64,000 bases of DNA from positions 89,097 through 153,096 of the forward strand of contig MNSZ01000064.1 of assembly GCA_001916715.1 (NCBI GenBank), written 5' to 3'. Shown here one piece after another: positions 1 through 8,775 of this stretch. The stretch is from Firmicutes bacterium CAG:24053_14 (GTDB lineage Bacteria > Bacillota > Clostridia > Oscillospirales > Oscillospiraceae). Below the pieces are notes generated by a model that saw only the letters and a program-made list of their open reading frames with translations, was not told the origin of the DNA and did not search any database. The first letter of the stretch is position 1, and each line of letters opens with the position of its first letter. The translations under genes were made by a program, and so were the position numbers.

Positions 1-1
1 A

Positions 2-496
2 AACCGCGTTTTCGTTCCGGAGATGCTGATCGCAGCACGCTGCATGTCGGCGGCAACAGAGCTTTTAAAGCCTCACATGGTCGGTGAAGGCGGCGAGAGC
101 GCGACAGTCGGAAGCGCCGTTATCGGAACCGTGCGCGGAGATATGCACGATATCGGCAAAAATCTTGTCAAGATCATGATGGAGGGCAGCGGTATTGAGG
201 TCTATGACCTCGGAACCGACGTATCCGCCGAGCAGTTTGTCGAAACCGCCGTTGAGCATGACTGCGGCATTATAGCCTGCTCATCGCTGCTGACTACAAC
301 GATGAATGAGATGCGCCGCGTTGTTTCGCTTGCGCAGGAAAAAGGCATACGCAAAAAAGTAAGGATACTTATCGGCGGCGCGCCAATAAGCCAGAGCTTC
401 TGCGACGAGATCGGCGCGGATGTTTACACGGAGGACGCCGGCGCTGCTGCGCGCGCCGCAGTGGAGATACTGAAGACATGTCAAAACGGCAAGTAA
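2..496 (+). CDS. Cobalamin-binding corrinoid protein (methyltransferase partner); 5' end lies outside the window
   Basis: The frame is open from base 2 (NRVFVPEMLIAARCM...). It has the B12-binding DxHxxG motif (GDMHDIGKN), followed by SSLLTTT and GGAP motifs typical of MtbC/MttC-like corrinoid proteins. Confidence 0.8.
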   Translation, partial: NRVFVPEMLIAARCMSAATELLKPHMVGEGGESATVGSAVIGTVRGDMHDIGKNLVKIMMEGSGIEVYDLGTDVSAEQFVETAVEHDCGIIACSSLLTTTMNEMRRVVSLAQEKGIRKKVRILIGGAPISQSFCDEIGADVYTEDAGAAARAAVEILKTCQNGK

Positions 497-1107
497 GAGA
501 CGAAAACAAAATGCGCGTTGTGAAGATTGCGCAGGATCTGTTCATCGACGAAGGTGTGGCAGCAACGAGCGTTAACCGCATTGCCAAGGAGGCCGGCCTT
601 ACCCCAATGTCGGTCTACCGCTATTTCGGCACAAAGGACGGCCTTGTTATCGCCGCGTGGCGCGACGCGCTTGCGCAGTTTTATGAAAAATTCATGGAGC
701 GCTACACCCGGCGAAGCAAAAATTTGCAGACCGGCTTTGAAAAATACGTTGCCTGCATGGAGGAGTACACAAACGCCTACACGGAGTTTCCGAAGTGGTA
801 TGCCTACACGCGCGAGATGCTCAGCTACGCGATGGAGGAAAATATCGAGACCGAGCTGAATATAAACGATGTGTTCTGGCAGTTTACCGACAGGGAGATA
901 CCTATCCCGGCGCTCGTTGCGCTGCGCGAGGGGATCGCCGACGGCTCGATCCGGCCGGACATTGATATTCACATGATCTATCAGATACTTGTCAACGCTT
1001 ACACGGGAACAAACATCTATGATGGTACAAAATACGCCATCGACCCTGTTGAAACTCTGCGAACCTCGTCTGCAATTATAGCTAATTACATAAAAAACGA
1101 CACTTGA
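478..1107 (+). CDS. TetR/AcrR family transcriptional regulator
   Basis: N-terminal HTH (ATSVNRIAKEAGLTPMSVYRYFGTKDGL) with an all-helical C-terminal domain. It overlaps the upstream stop by 19 nt. Confidence 0.8.
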   Translation: MSKRQVRDENKMRVVKIAQDLFIDEGVAATSVNRIAKEAGLTPMSVYRYFGTKDGLVIAAWRDALAQFYEKFMERYTRRSKNLQTGFEKYVACMEEYTNAYTEFPKWYAYTREMLSYAMEENIETELNINDVFWQFTDREIPIPALVALREGIADGSIRPDIDIHMIYQILVNAYTGTNIYDGTKYAIDPVETLRTSSAIIANYIKNDT

Positions 1108-1313
1108 GTTTATGCAATTTATACGGAATTTTCAAAATGACCAAATATTTTGCCGGTTAAGTAACAAAAGATGCGGAAATGCTTTGATAATTTGATAAAA
1201 TTCAAACAAATAGAACAAAGCGTTTCCGCACAAATTTTTTTGGGCATAGATGTTAGTACCTATAACATAAAATGCTCGTGGGAGAAAAATATTTGATGCA
1301 GGAGTGATATAAA

Positions 1314-1979
1314 ATGAAGCACAGCATAAGCGAGTGCATTCCATGCTGGAGCCTGCTTGCCGAAAAGCACAGGCGCAGGCTTCAAGACAACGCGATCTTC
1401 CGCAGCTATAAAAGGAGAGAGCACGTTGTTTTCAAAACGGTGAAAAAGGACGGCATCGTGTTTGTCCTTGAAGGGGGCATAAGAGTTTACCTCGCATCTG
1501 ACACCGGACGCGAGGTGACTCTGTTCCATTTAAAAAAAGGCGATGCGTTTAGCATAATGACGGTCGATAATGCCCTTGAAACGGACGTGATACCGTGCCT
1601 CCAGTCGGATGGCGAAACTACTCTCGCGTATTTGCAGCGGCCTGATATGGCGGTCGTTGCGCATGACGAGTGGCAGATGGCGCTTTTTATTTACGAAACC
1701 TGTGCAAAGAGCGCTCAGGCCATACTTAACAATATTTCTTACTTCGTGTTTAACGATCTGAGGCACTGCATAGCGCGCGAGCTGCTTGAAAAAAGCCGCG
1801 AGCTGAAAACAAATTCGGTTTTTGTGACTCATGAGGAGATCGCAAACAGCCTGGGTACGACACGCGTGGTCATAAGCCGCGAGCTTGATAAGCTGCGTGA
1901 CCTCGGCATTATCGGAACCGGACGCGGAAGGATAAATATCCTCGACAGAGCAGCGCTTGAAAAAATAGCAGGTCTGTAA
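1314..1979 (+). CDS. Crp/Fnr family transcriptional regulator
   Basis: Cyclic-nucleotide-binding-like beta-roll followed by a C-terminal HTH (HEEIANSLGTTRVVISRELDKLRDLGII). Confidence 0.8.
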   Translation: MKHSISECIPCWSLLAEKHRRRLQDNAIFRSYKRREHVVFKTVKKDGIVFVLEGGIRVYLASDTGREVTLFHLKKGDAFSIMTVDNALETDVIPCLQSDGETTLAYLQRPDMAVVAHDEWQMALFIYETCAKSAQAILNNISYFVFNDLRHCIARELLEKSRELKTNSVFVTHEEIANSLGTTRVVISRELDKLRDLGIIGTGRGRINILDRAALEKIAGL

Positions 1980-2069
1980 TAATTGTCTCTCGCACCTTAT
2001 TCCCCTCTTACACATCGGCGGCAGAGGGAGCTGTCGCCGATGTGGCTTTAAACTCGGAAGGACAACACT

Positions 2070-2243
2070 GTGGATACATACTTTGTCAGCGAAAAATGCG
2101 TTGGCTGCGGCGGTTGCCATTCAAGGTGTCCCGTCGGCTGCATCGACGCAGCAAAAAAGCCTCTGATCATTGATAATAGCAGATGCATAGGCTGCGGAGC
2201 GTGCTATTTGGCATGCCCTATAAGAGCCATTGTAAAACGCTGA
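2070..2243 (+). CDS. Small 2x[4Fe-4S] ferredoxin (57 aa, below the ORF-track cutoff)
   Basis: My translation is VDTYFVSEKCVGCGGCHSRCPVGCIDAAKKPLIIDNSRCIGCGACYLACPIRAIVKR, which has two CxxCxxCxxxCP motifs. It starts at a GTG, with GGAAGG about 8 nt upstream. Confidence 0.75.
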   Translation: MDTYFVSEKCVGCGGCHSRCPVGCIDAAKKPLIIDNSRCIGCGACYLACPIRAIVKR

Positions 2244-2304
2244 AACTCCAACGTACCTTACTGCACCATGTGCAGACATAATAAAATTTTTAGGAGGAAT
2301 CATA

Positions 2305-4080
2305 ATGTATTACAGCAGCGGTAACTACGAGGCATTTGCCACACCGAAAAAGCCGGAAGGCATCGACAAGAAATCTGCCTACATAGTAGGCACCGGCCTT
2401 GCAGGCCTTGCAGCGGCGTGCTTCCTGATCCGTGACGCACAGATGCCCGGCGATCACATTACGCTTTTCGAGCATCTGCCTCTCGCCGGCGGTTCATGCG
2501 ACGGCATCTACGACGCAACCAAGGGCTTCATCATGCGCGGCGGACGTGAGATGGATAACCACTTCGAGTGTATGTGGGATCTGTTTAAGTCCATCCCCTC
2601 TATCGTAAATCCCGGCGAGACCGTTTTCTCCGAGTACTATCATCTGAACAAGGAAGACCCGAACTTCTCTCTGTGCCGCGTCACCGAAAAACAGGGCCAG
2701 GACGCGCACACCGACAGAAAGTACGGTCTTACTCCCGGTGCTGCTACCCAGCTGCTGAAGCTGTTCATGTCCACCAACAAGTCCCTCGAGGATAAGAAGA
2801 TCGACGATGTGTTCGACGATGAGTTCTATGCAACGAACTTCTGGACCTACTGGCAGACCATGTTCGCATTTGAAAAATGGCATTCCGCGCTTGAGATGAA
2901 GCTGTATCTGCAGCGCTACATCCACCACATCGACGGTCTGCCCGATCTGAGCGCACTGCGTTTCACTCGCTATAATCAGTATGAATCCATGATCCTGCCC
3001 ATGTGCAAGTACATCACCGACCACGGCGGCAAGATCCTTTATGACACGACCGTTACCAATATCGTCTGCGACTGCACCCCCGAAAAGAAGGTCGCAAAGA
3101 AAATCGAGTACACTCAGGGCGGCGTAGAGAAGGTCATCGACCTCACCGAGGACGATCTCGTTATCTGCACCAACGGCTGCCAGGGCGACGCATCGGCATA
3201 CGGCGATAACACCCATGCACCTGTTGTCACCGTTAAGAACGGCGAAGGCCCCTCTATCGAGATGTGGAAGAAGATCGCGGCTCAGGATCCGGCGTTCGGC
3301 CGTCCCGAGAAGTTCTTCGCAGGCATCAAGGAGACCTCGTGGGAATCCTGGACCGTCGATACAGCAAACAAGCAGATCCTCGATGCTATCCAGAAGATCT
3401 GCAAGCGCGATCCTCTGTCCGGCAAGGTCGTCACCGGCGGCATAGTTACCTGCCGCGATTCGAGCTGGCTCGTAAGCTGGACCATCAACCGCCAGGGCCA
3501 GTTCCAGGAGCAGCCGGCAGACCATTGCCTGATCTGGGTCTACGGCCTCAACTGCTGGGACGATGAAGGCGACTTCATCAAAAAGCCCATGTACCAGTGC
3601 ACCGGCATTGAGCTTGCTGCAGAGTGGCTGTATCACATCGGCATCCCCGAGGATCAGATCATGGATCTTGCAACCAATGAGTGCAATACCACTCCGTGCA
3701 TGATGCCTTATGTAACCACATTCTTCATGCCCAGAGCCGAGGGTGACCGTCCCAAGGTCGTTCCCGACGGTTCCGTTAACCTTGCATTCGTCGGCCAGTT
3801 TGCAGATACTCCGCGCGACACCGTTTTCACCACCGAGTACTCCATCCGTACCGGTATGGAAGCAGTCTACACGCTGTGCAATGTTGACCGCGGCGTTCCC
3901 GAGGTCTGGGGCTCGGTGTATGATATCCGCGACCTGCTTTATGCAACTAGCAAGCTGCTCGACGGCAAGAAGCCGGCAGAGTTCCTGCTCCCGACCATCA
4001 TGCCGATCCTCGGCCTGCTCAAGGAGCCTCTGACGAACAACGTTGTTGCCGATCTGCTCAAGAAGTACAATATAGTATAA
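2305..4080 (+). CDS. ohyA: Oleate hydratase (MCRA family, FAD-dependent fatty-acid double-bond hydratase)
   Basis: 591 aa with the N-terminus MYYSSGNYEAFA..KSAYIVGTGLAGLAAACFLIRD (FAD Rossmann fold) and MCRA-like sequence along its full length. AGGAGG RBS. Confidence 0.9.
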   Translation: MYYSSGNYEAFATPKKPEGIDKKSAYIVGTGLAGLAAACFLIRDAQMPGDHITLFEHLPLAGGSCDGIYDATKGFIMRGGREMDNHFECMWDLFKSIPSIVNPGETVFSEYYHLNKEDPNFSLCRVTEKQGQDAHTDRKYGLTPGAATQLLKLFMSTNKSLEDKKIDDVFDDEFYATNFWTYWQTMFAFEKWHSALEMKLYLQRYIHHIDGLPDLSALRFTRYNQYESMILPMCKYITDHGGKILYDTTVTNIVCDCTPEKKVAKKIEYTQGGVEKVIDLTEDDLVICTNGCQGDASAYGDNTHAPVVTVKNGEGPSIEMWKKIAAQDPAFGRPEKFFAGIKETSWESWTVDTANKQILDAIQKICKRDPLSGKVVTGGIVTCRDSSWLVSWTINRQGQFQEQPADHCLIWVYGLNCWDDEGDFIKKPMYQCTGIELAAEWLYHIGIPEDQIMDLATNECNTTPCMMPYVTTFFMPRAEGDRPKVVPDGSVNLAFVGQFADTPRDTVFTTEYSIRTGMEAVYTLCNVDRGVPEVWGSVYDIRDLLYATSKLLDGKKPAEFLLPTIMPILGLLKEPLTNNVVADLLKKYNIV

Positions 4081-4162
4081 GTAAAAAGTCAGTGTTGCCC
4101 CCGATTTGCTGTGTCCGGCGGATGAACGGTTCATCATCCGCCGACCGGGGAAACGGAGGTTT

Positions 4163-4195
4163 AGGGTGCGGCTCTCCCACGCCGCACCCTTTTTA
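4163..4195 (+). terminator. Intrinsic terminator after ohyA
   Basis: Perfect 10-bp stem AGGGTGCGGC/GCCGCACCCT with an 8-nt loop, followed by TTTT. Confidence 0.8.
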
Positions 4196-4213
4196 TATGC
4201 TTTATAATTTAGT

Positions 4214-4246
4214 AAAAAAACAGTTCATGCAAATGAACTGTTTTTT
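4214..4246. terminator. Bidirectional terminator
   Basis: Stem CAGTTCAT/ATGAACTG flanked by an A-run and a T-run. It lies immediately after the stop of the minus-strand gene ending at 4245. Confidence 0.7.
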
Positions 4247-5147
4247 ATATCATTCTTATTCCCATTGATAAAAGGATAAGCCCGAGGCTTACGATGAGAA
4301 CAGTGCTGACCTTGAGAATATATTTGTTGTACTTTGCGGGCACAAGCGCGCCGAATGCGCCGAATGCAAGCATGAATACGCAGGTTCCAAGTCCAAATGC
4401 GAACATACTCTCGGCACCCTTTGCGGCAGAGCCTGAGGCTGCGGCAAAAAGCCACATGCTTGCCAGTGCACCGCAGGGCATGAGACCCGTCAGCAATCCG
4501 ATGACAAGAGGCCGCCCGCCTTTGAATCTGCACGGCTTTGTGAGCTCGGGGCTTATCTGCCTGAGAAACGGAACGCCCCACATCATAAGTCCTATAATCA
4601 CGACCAGACCGCCGCAGATCGTAAAGAGCATGCTCTTAAACTGTGTATCGTAAGTTATTACCGTGCCGATGGCCCCAAAAACCGCTCCGACGACCGTGTA
4701 GCTGAGCAGCCTGCCGGCATTGTAGGCAACTGCGTTTTTCTGCGTCAGCATAATTCCGCCGCACATGCCGATGCAGTGTACACCCGACAACAGCCCAATG
4801 ACAAACAAAACGCCGAAACCGGCACCGGATTCCGCCTGCGGCACATTGACAAGCCCCGTGAGCCATGGCAGGGCAAAATACAAAACAATAACGCTCGCAG
4901 CGCCGATCATGTCGGATATAAGTCCGCTTTTGCCGCTGCCGACGGGGTATCCGATATCCGAAAGCGCGGCTTTTATCTCGCCTGGCGTTATAATATCCGG
5001 GTCGTACTGCGCCGTGACGCTGCTTTTGCGGTAGCTTGCCCTGCACGTCAAAATGCCGCGCCTGTGCGTTATTTTCCGCGCGATCTCATCCTCGCACTGC
5101 GGACATACCATGCCATCTACTTTTTCTGCAAAAACTTCACTTCTCAA
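4245..5147 (-). CDS. HMA-domain fusion to a polytopic membrane protein (TauE/SafE- or DsbD-like metal-handling protein)
   Basis: N-terminal heavy-metal-associated fold with CPQC, followed by about 6 TM helices containing the GVHCIGMCGG motif. It is the last gene of the metal ATPase operon. Confidence 0.65.
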   Translation of the reverse strand: MRSEVFAEKVDGMVCPQCEDEIARKITHRRGILTCRASYRKSSVTAQYDPDIITPGEIKAALSDIGYPVGSGKSGLISDMIGAASVIVLYFALPWLTGLVNVPQAESGAGFGVLFVIGLLSGVHCIGMCGGIMLTQKNAVAYNAGRLLSYTVVGAVFGAIGTVITYDTQFKSMLFTICGGLVVIIGLMMWGVPFLRQISPELTKPCRFKGGRPLVIGLLTGLMPCGALASMWLFAAASGSAAKGAESMFAFGLGTCVFMLAFGAFGALVPAKYNKYILKVSTVLIVSLGLILLSMGIRMI

Positions 5148-6750
5148 TATTCTTCAACCTCAGAGAATTAAGTAAAACACCGTTTGAACTAAGCGACATT
5201 GCCGCCGCGGCTATTGACGGGTTCACAATACCGGCAGCGGCTATCGGGATGCATATAATATTGTATATGACCGCCCAAACGAGGTTCTGCCGGATTATCT
5301 TCATGGTGCCCTTTGAAAGTCGGAATATCAGCGGCACCGCGCAGATGCTGCCGCCGGCTATCATAACGTCGGCAGAGTCTATTGCAATATCGGTTCCGCT
5401 TCCGACGGCAATGCCGATATCGGCGCAGACAAGAGCGGGGGAGTCGTTGATCCCGTCGCCGACCATGGCAACGTGCCGCCCCTCGGCCTGAAGCTTTTTG
5501 ACCGCATCGGCCTTGCCCGAGGGCTTGACCTCCCAGATGACGTTTTCAATGCCGAGAAGCCCGGCAACGCGCTTTGCCTTTTCTTCCTTGTCACCGCTTA
5601 TCATCCAGACGTCGATGCCTGAGGCTTTGAGCTTTTCTACCGCGTCCTTTGCGTCGGAACAAATGATCTCGCCGTCGTCGGCCATGCCGCAGGTCAGGGT
5701 GCCGGTTTTGTCGAAAATAACGGTGTCGGTCTTATAGGCTCGCTCAAGCTGCTCGCCGCCGCGGAAAAGAATACCCAGTTCCGCCGCGCGTCCGGAGCCT
5801 GTCCTGATCACCGTGGGCGTCGCAAGGCCGAGCGCGCACGGGCAGGCAATGACAAGCGTGGCGCACACGCAGTTTACCGCCTGCGCAAGGTTACCCTTAT
5901 CCGCGAAAAAGTACCAGCGGCAGAACACCGCCGCGGCGATGATCACGACAATGGGAACAAACACGGTGGCGATCCTATCGGCAAGCCTTGCGATCGGCGC
6001 TTTTTCGCTTTGCGCATTGCTTACGATGTCGATTATCTGCTGAAGCATTGTTGTTTTGCCGATGCTGCCGCATGAGAGCAGCACCTGCCCGTCGCGGCAT
6101 AGCGTTCCGCAATACAGTGTATCGCCCGGCTGCTTTCGTATCAGCTCGCTTTCTCCGGTCAGCATGGATTCATCGGCAAAGCACTCACCGTCGGAGATAA
6201 CGCCGTCTATCGGAATATGGTCGCCTGAGCGTATAACGATGCTGTCCGACGGCAGAATTTCGTTCAGGCCGACCTCAAGCTCGGTGCTGCCGCGGAGTAT
6301 GTGCGCCGTTTCGGGCTGGAGGCTTATAAGCCTGCGTATGGCGGCCGAGGCCTCGTAGCGCGAGGTCGTCTCCATGTATTTTCCGAACAGGATCAGCGAC
6401 AGCAGCACACACTCGGAAAGAAAATACAGCTTCGTGTTGTGGTACACCGTGAATGTTATGTACGCAGAGTAGGCGTATATTATGGTCGTTGACAGCGCAA
6501 CGAGAAAGTCCATGCCGAGGATCTTTTGCCTCAGCGCCCTGTAAGCGCCTTTGTAGAAATACATTCCCGGCCAGAACTGAACGACCGTGGCCAGCAAAAA
6601 CTGAATAAGCGGACGCAGACTCCACATAAGCGGCATGGTGAAAAGGACGCTTATGCAAAGCGTCCTTAAAAGCGCCAGCCTGCCGTGTGCCTCGCTCTCC
6701 TCGTCGCCGCAGGCAGGGCAGGATACATACAGACCGTTATTTTGCCGCAT
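5137..6750 (-). CDS. Heavy-metal translocating P1B-type ATPase, atypical because the nucleotide-binding N-domain is missing
   Basis: TGES, the CPC motif (ACPCALGLATP), DKTGTLT and GDGINDSPAL are all present. I place the start at MRQNNG (6750), which overlaps the upstream gene by 14 nt. Only about 10 aa separate DKTGTLT from the hinge region. Confidence 0.8.
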   Translation of the reverse strand: MRQNNGLYVSCPACGDEESEAHGRLALLRTLCISVLFTMPLMWSLRPLIQFLLATVVQFWPGMYFYKGAYRALRQKILGMDFLVALSTTIIYAYSAYITFTVYHNTKLYFLSECVLLSLILFGKYMETTSRYEASAAIRRLISLQPETAHILRGSTELEVGLNEILPSDSIVIRSGDHIPIDGVISDGECFADESMLTGESELIRKQPGDTLYCGTLCRDGQVLLSCGSIGKTTMLQQIIDIVSNAQSEKAPIARLADRIATVFVPIVVIIAAAVFCRWYFFADKGNLAQAVNCVCATLVIACPCALGLATPTVIRTGSGRAAELGILFRGGEQLERAYKTDTVIFDKTGTLTCGMADDGEIICSDAKDAVEKLKASGIDVWMISGDKEEKAKRVAGLLGIENVIWEVKPSGKADAVKKLQAEGRHVAMVGDGINDSPALVCADIGIAVGSGTDIAIDSADVMIAGGSICAVPLIFRLSKGTMKIIRQNLVWAVIYNIICIPIAAAGIVNPSIAAAAMSLSSNGVLLNSLRLKNIEK

Positions 6751-7243
6751 TTTTAAGCTTCCTGTACTCTTTGAAGCATATTGCCGAGCAGGGCAGGCAG
6801 AACATGGGGATGTGGAACAAAAGCACCCAGCTGAGCCAATCGACGCCCTGATAGAACACGCCGTCATAGGTGACGCCCTTTATAAGATCAAAATAGGAAA
6901 AATTCCATACGCCCCAGTTGCCGGTGAACGAGCCGCACAGGTGAATGATAAGAAACGACGCCGTAGTGAAAACTCCGGCGACTGCGCCGACAAGCGTTGC
7001 CGAGGCTCTTGCACTTCTTGCAAGAAACAGCGTGACCACCGGCAGCACATACACCGTCAGATTCAGCGCCCAAAGCGACAGGGGAATGGTGTAGCCCCAG
7101 TTATAAGCCTGACGGATGTGATCTCCGTCGTGTATGAGTATCGCGATGAGCATGATAACGGTGCAGACGGTAAGCGTTTTTATAACCTTTTTGTCAAGCT
7201 TCGTGTCAAGCAGCTTGACGGCTTTTGCCTCTTTTTCTGACAT
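6737..7243 (-). CDS. Hypothetical polytopic membrane protein, first gene of the metal ATPase operon
   Basis: Start MSEKEAKAV with an AGGAGGA RBS. It has 4-5 TM helices and an HDGDH motif. I recognise no family. Confidence 0.55.
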   Translation of the reverse strand: MSEKEAKAVKLLDTKLDKKVIKTLTVCTVIMLIAILIHDGDHIRQAYNWGYTIPLSLWALNLTVYVLPVVTLFLARSARASATLVGAVAGVFTTASFLIIHLCGSFTGNWGVWNFSYFDLIKGVTYDGVFYQGVDWLSWVLLFHIPMFCLPCSAICFKEYRKLKNAAK

Positions 7244-7276
7244 GTCTGTTCTCCTCCTAAATCGTGGTATGTTAAA

Positions 7277-7294
7277 ATTGACCACTTGGTAAAT
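7277..7294. promoter_or_regulatory. Palindromic operator copy 1 (ATTGACC-N4-GGTAAAT)
   Basis: ATTGACCACTTGGTAAAT lies just downstream of the predicted -10 of the ATPase operon promoter. Confidence 0.5.
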
Positions 7295-7296
7295 TT

Positions 7297-7325
7297 AAAT
7301 TAGCACGATCGCGAGGGAATGTCAA
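7297..7325 (-). promoter_or_regulatory. Sigma-A type promoter of the metal ATPase operon
   Basis: On the minus strand: TTGACA, a 17-nt spacer, then TAATTT. Confidence 0.55.
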
Positions 7326-7332
7326 CAGTTTT

Positions 7333-7350
7333 ATTGACCGAATGGTAAAT
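7333..7350. promoter_or_regulatory. Palindromic operator copy 2 (ATTGACC-N4-GGTAAAT)
   Basis: ATTGACCGAATGGTAAAT sits 56 bp from copy 1, just upstream of the -35. Confidence 0.5.
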
Positions 7351-7420
7351 TTCTTCTGATTATGTATCCTCTCTATGCAAGGGCATTTTAATTTCTGCTT
7401 AACAAAGAACTGATAGCTAA

Positions 7421-7458
7421 AAAGAAAAACTCCGAACGTAATCGTTCGGAGCTTTTTT
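7421..7458. terminator. Bidirectional terminator ending the tRNA cluster
   Basis: Stem CTCCGAACG/CGTTCGGAG with loop TAAT, an A-run on one side and a T-run on the other. Confidence 0.75.
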
Positions 7459-7532
7459 GGAGGCGTCACCCGGATTTGAACCGGGGAATCGCGGATTTGC
7501 AGTCCGCTGCCTTACCACTTGGCTATGACGCC
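7458..7532 (-). tRNA. tRNA-Cys (GCA)
   Basis: The reverse complement folds as a cloverleaf: GGCGTCA acceptor stem, anticodon loop CTGCAAA, T-arm GGTTCAAATCC and an encoded CCA. Confidence 0.95.
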
Positions 7533-7575
7533 ATATTAGTTTGCAGGCTTTTTAATGCAGCCTGCAAACATTTTT

Positions 7576-7651
7576 TGGAGCGGGCAACGAGACTCGAACT
7601 CGCTACCTCCACCTTGGCAAGGTGGCGCTCTACCGGATGAGCTATGCCCGC
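7576..7651 (-). tRNA. tRNA-Gly (GCC)
   Basis: GCGGGCA acceptor stem, anticodon loop TTGCCAA, T-arm AGTTCGAGTCT and an encoded CCA. Confidence 0.95.
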
Positions 7652-7654
7652 AAA

Positions 7655-7730
<76 letters not shown>

Positions 7731-7744
7731 GTATGCTGATAAAA

Positions 7745-7821
7745 TGGTGGGAACAACTGGACTCGAACCAGTGACCCCCTGCTTGTAAGGCAGGTGCTCT
7801 AACCAGCTGAGCTATGCTCCC
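7745..7821 (-). tRNA. tRNA-Val (TAC)
   Basis: Anticodon stem-loop CCTGC-CTTACAA-GCAGG, T-arm GGTTCGAGTCC and an encoded CCA. Confidence 0.95.
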
Positions 7822-7863
7822 TCATCAGCGGCTTGTTTATTATACTAAAGCTGACCCGAATTG

Positions 7864-8766
7864 TCAACAACAATTTTGAGTTTTTTGATCACTTTTTGCC
7901 TGCTTAAGAAGATCGGAAATGTCGTCGGGAGTAAAAGTGTACACCGTATCGCAGAACTGGCAGCTGACGTCAACGTCCTTGCCTTCGTTGACCATGCTCT
8001 CAAGCTCATCCTTGCCGATGCCGAGGATGGCGCTTGCAACGCGCTCACGGCTGCATTTGCAGCGATAGCCTATCTCATCCTCGCCGACTATGTGATGCTC
8101 AAGCCCTTTGAGCACCTGCTCGAACACCGCTTCAAGCCCATCCTCGGCAAGTATGGTCGTCAGTGCGTCCATCATGGTGATGTTCTCTTCCAGCTTGTCT
8201 ATAAGCTCATCCGGAGCGCCGGGCATGAGCTGCACGATGAAGCCGCCGGCGGATTTGATGCTAAGATCGGTGTTGACCAGAACTCCAAGCCCGCAGGCGG
8301 CCGGTATCTGCTCGCTTTCGAGCATGTATGCCGTCAGATCCTCGGCTATCTCACCGGAAACGAGCTGCGTTGAGCCTATATACGGCTCCTTGAGACCGAT
8401 ATCACGGCTGACGGTTATCATGCCGTCGCGCCCGACTGCTCCACCGACGTTGAGCTTGCCGTCCTGACGGAGAGGAAGTTCGACCGATGGGTTTGTCACA
8501 TAGCCGCGCACGAAGCCGGCACTGTCTGAAACGGCAATGACGCTGCCAATCGGGCCGCCGCCGTTAATGCGTATAGTCAGGCTGCCGTCATCCTCCTTCA
8601 TCATGTTGCCGAGCATGGATGCTGCACACAGCGTCCTGCCGAGAGCTGCCGCTGTAGTAGGCGTGCAGCCGTGGATATCCTTCGCGCGCTGCACCGTGGC
8701 CTTCGCGCTGACTGCCGACATTTTAATAAAGCCGTCGCCGGCTGTTGCTCTGAGAATCCTGTCCAT
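7864..8766 (-). CDS. hslO: Redox-regulated chaperone Hsp33
   Basis: 300 aa with the C-terminal zinc centre CKCSRERV...CQFCDTVY (CxC...CxxC). Confidence 0.9.
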   Translation of the reverse strand: MDRILRATAGDGFIKMSAVSAKATVQRAKDIHGCTPTTAAALGRTLCAASMLGNMMKEDDGSLTIRINGGGPIGSVIAVSDSAGFVRGYVTNPSVELPLRQDGKLNVGGAVGRDGMITVSRDIGLKEPYIGSTQLVSGEIAEDLTAYMLESEQIPAACGLGVLVNTDLSIKSAGGFIVQLMPGAPDELIDKLEENITMMDALTTILAEDGLEAVFEQVLKGLEHHIVGEDEIGYRCKCSRERVASAILGIGKDELESMVNEGKDVDVSCQFCDTVYTFTPDDISDLLKQAKSDQKTQNCC

Positions 8767-8775
8767 TGTGTTACC

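Noticed and set aside
2494-4137. A 547-aa ORF antisense to ohyA. Similar long antisense ORFs occur at 12160-13005, 13916-14584, 39971-41803, 53625-54383, 55643-56668, 57166-58110 and 59915-60862.
   Set aside because: These are shadow ORFs typical of GC-rich coding DNA. They have low-complexity Ala/Gly/Arg/Val-rich translations and no RBS, and each lies fully inside a gene with clear family motifs on the other strand.
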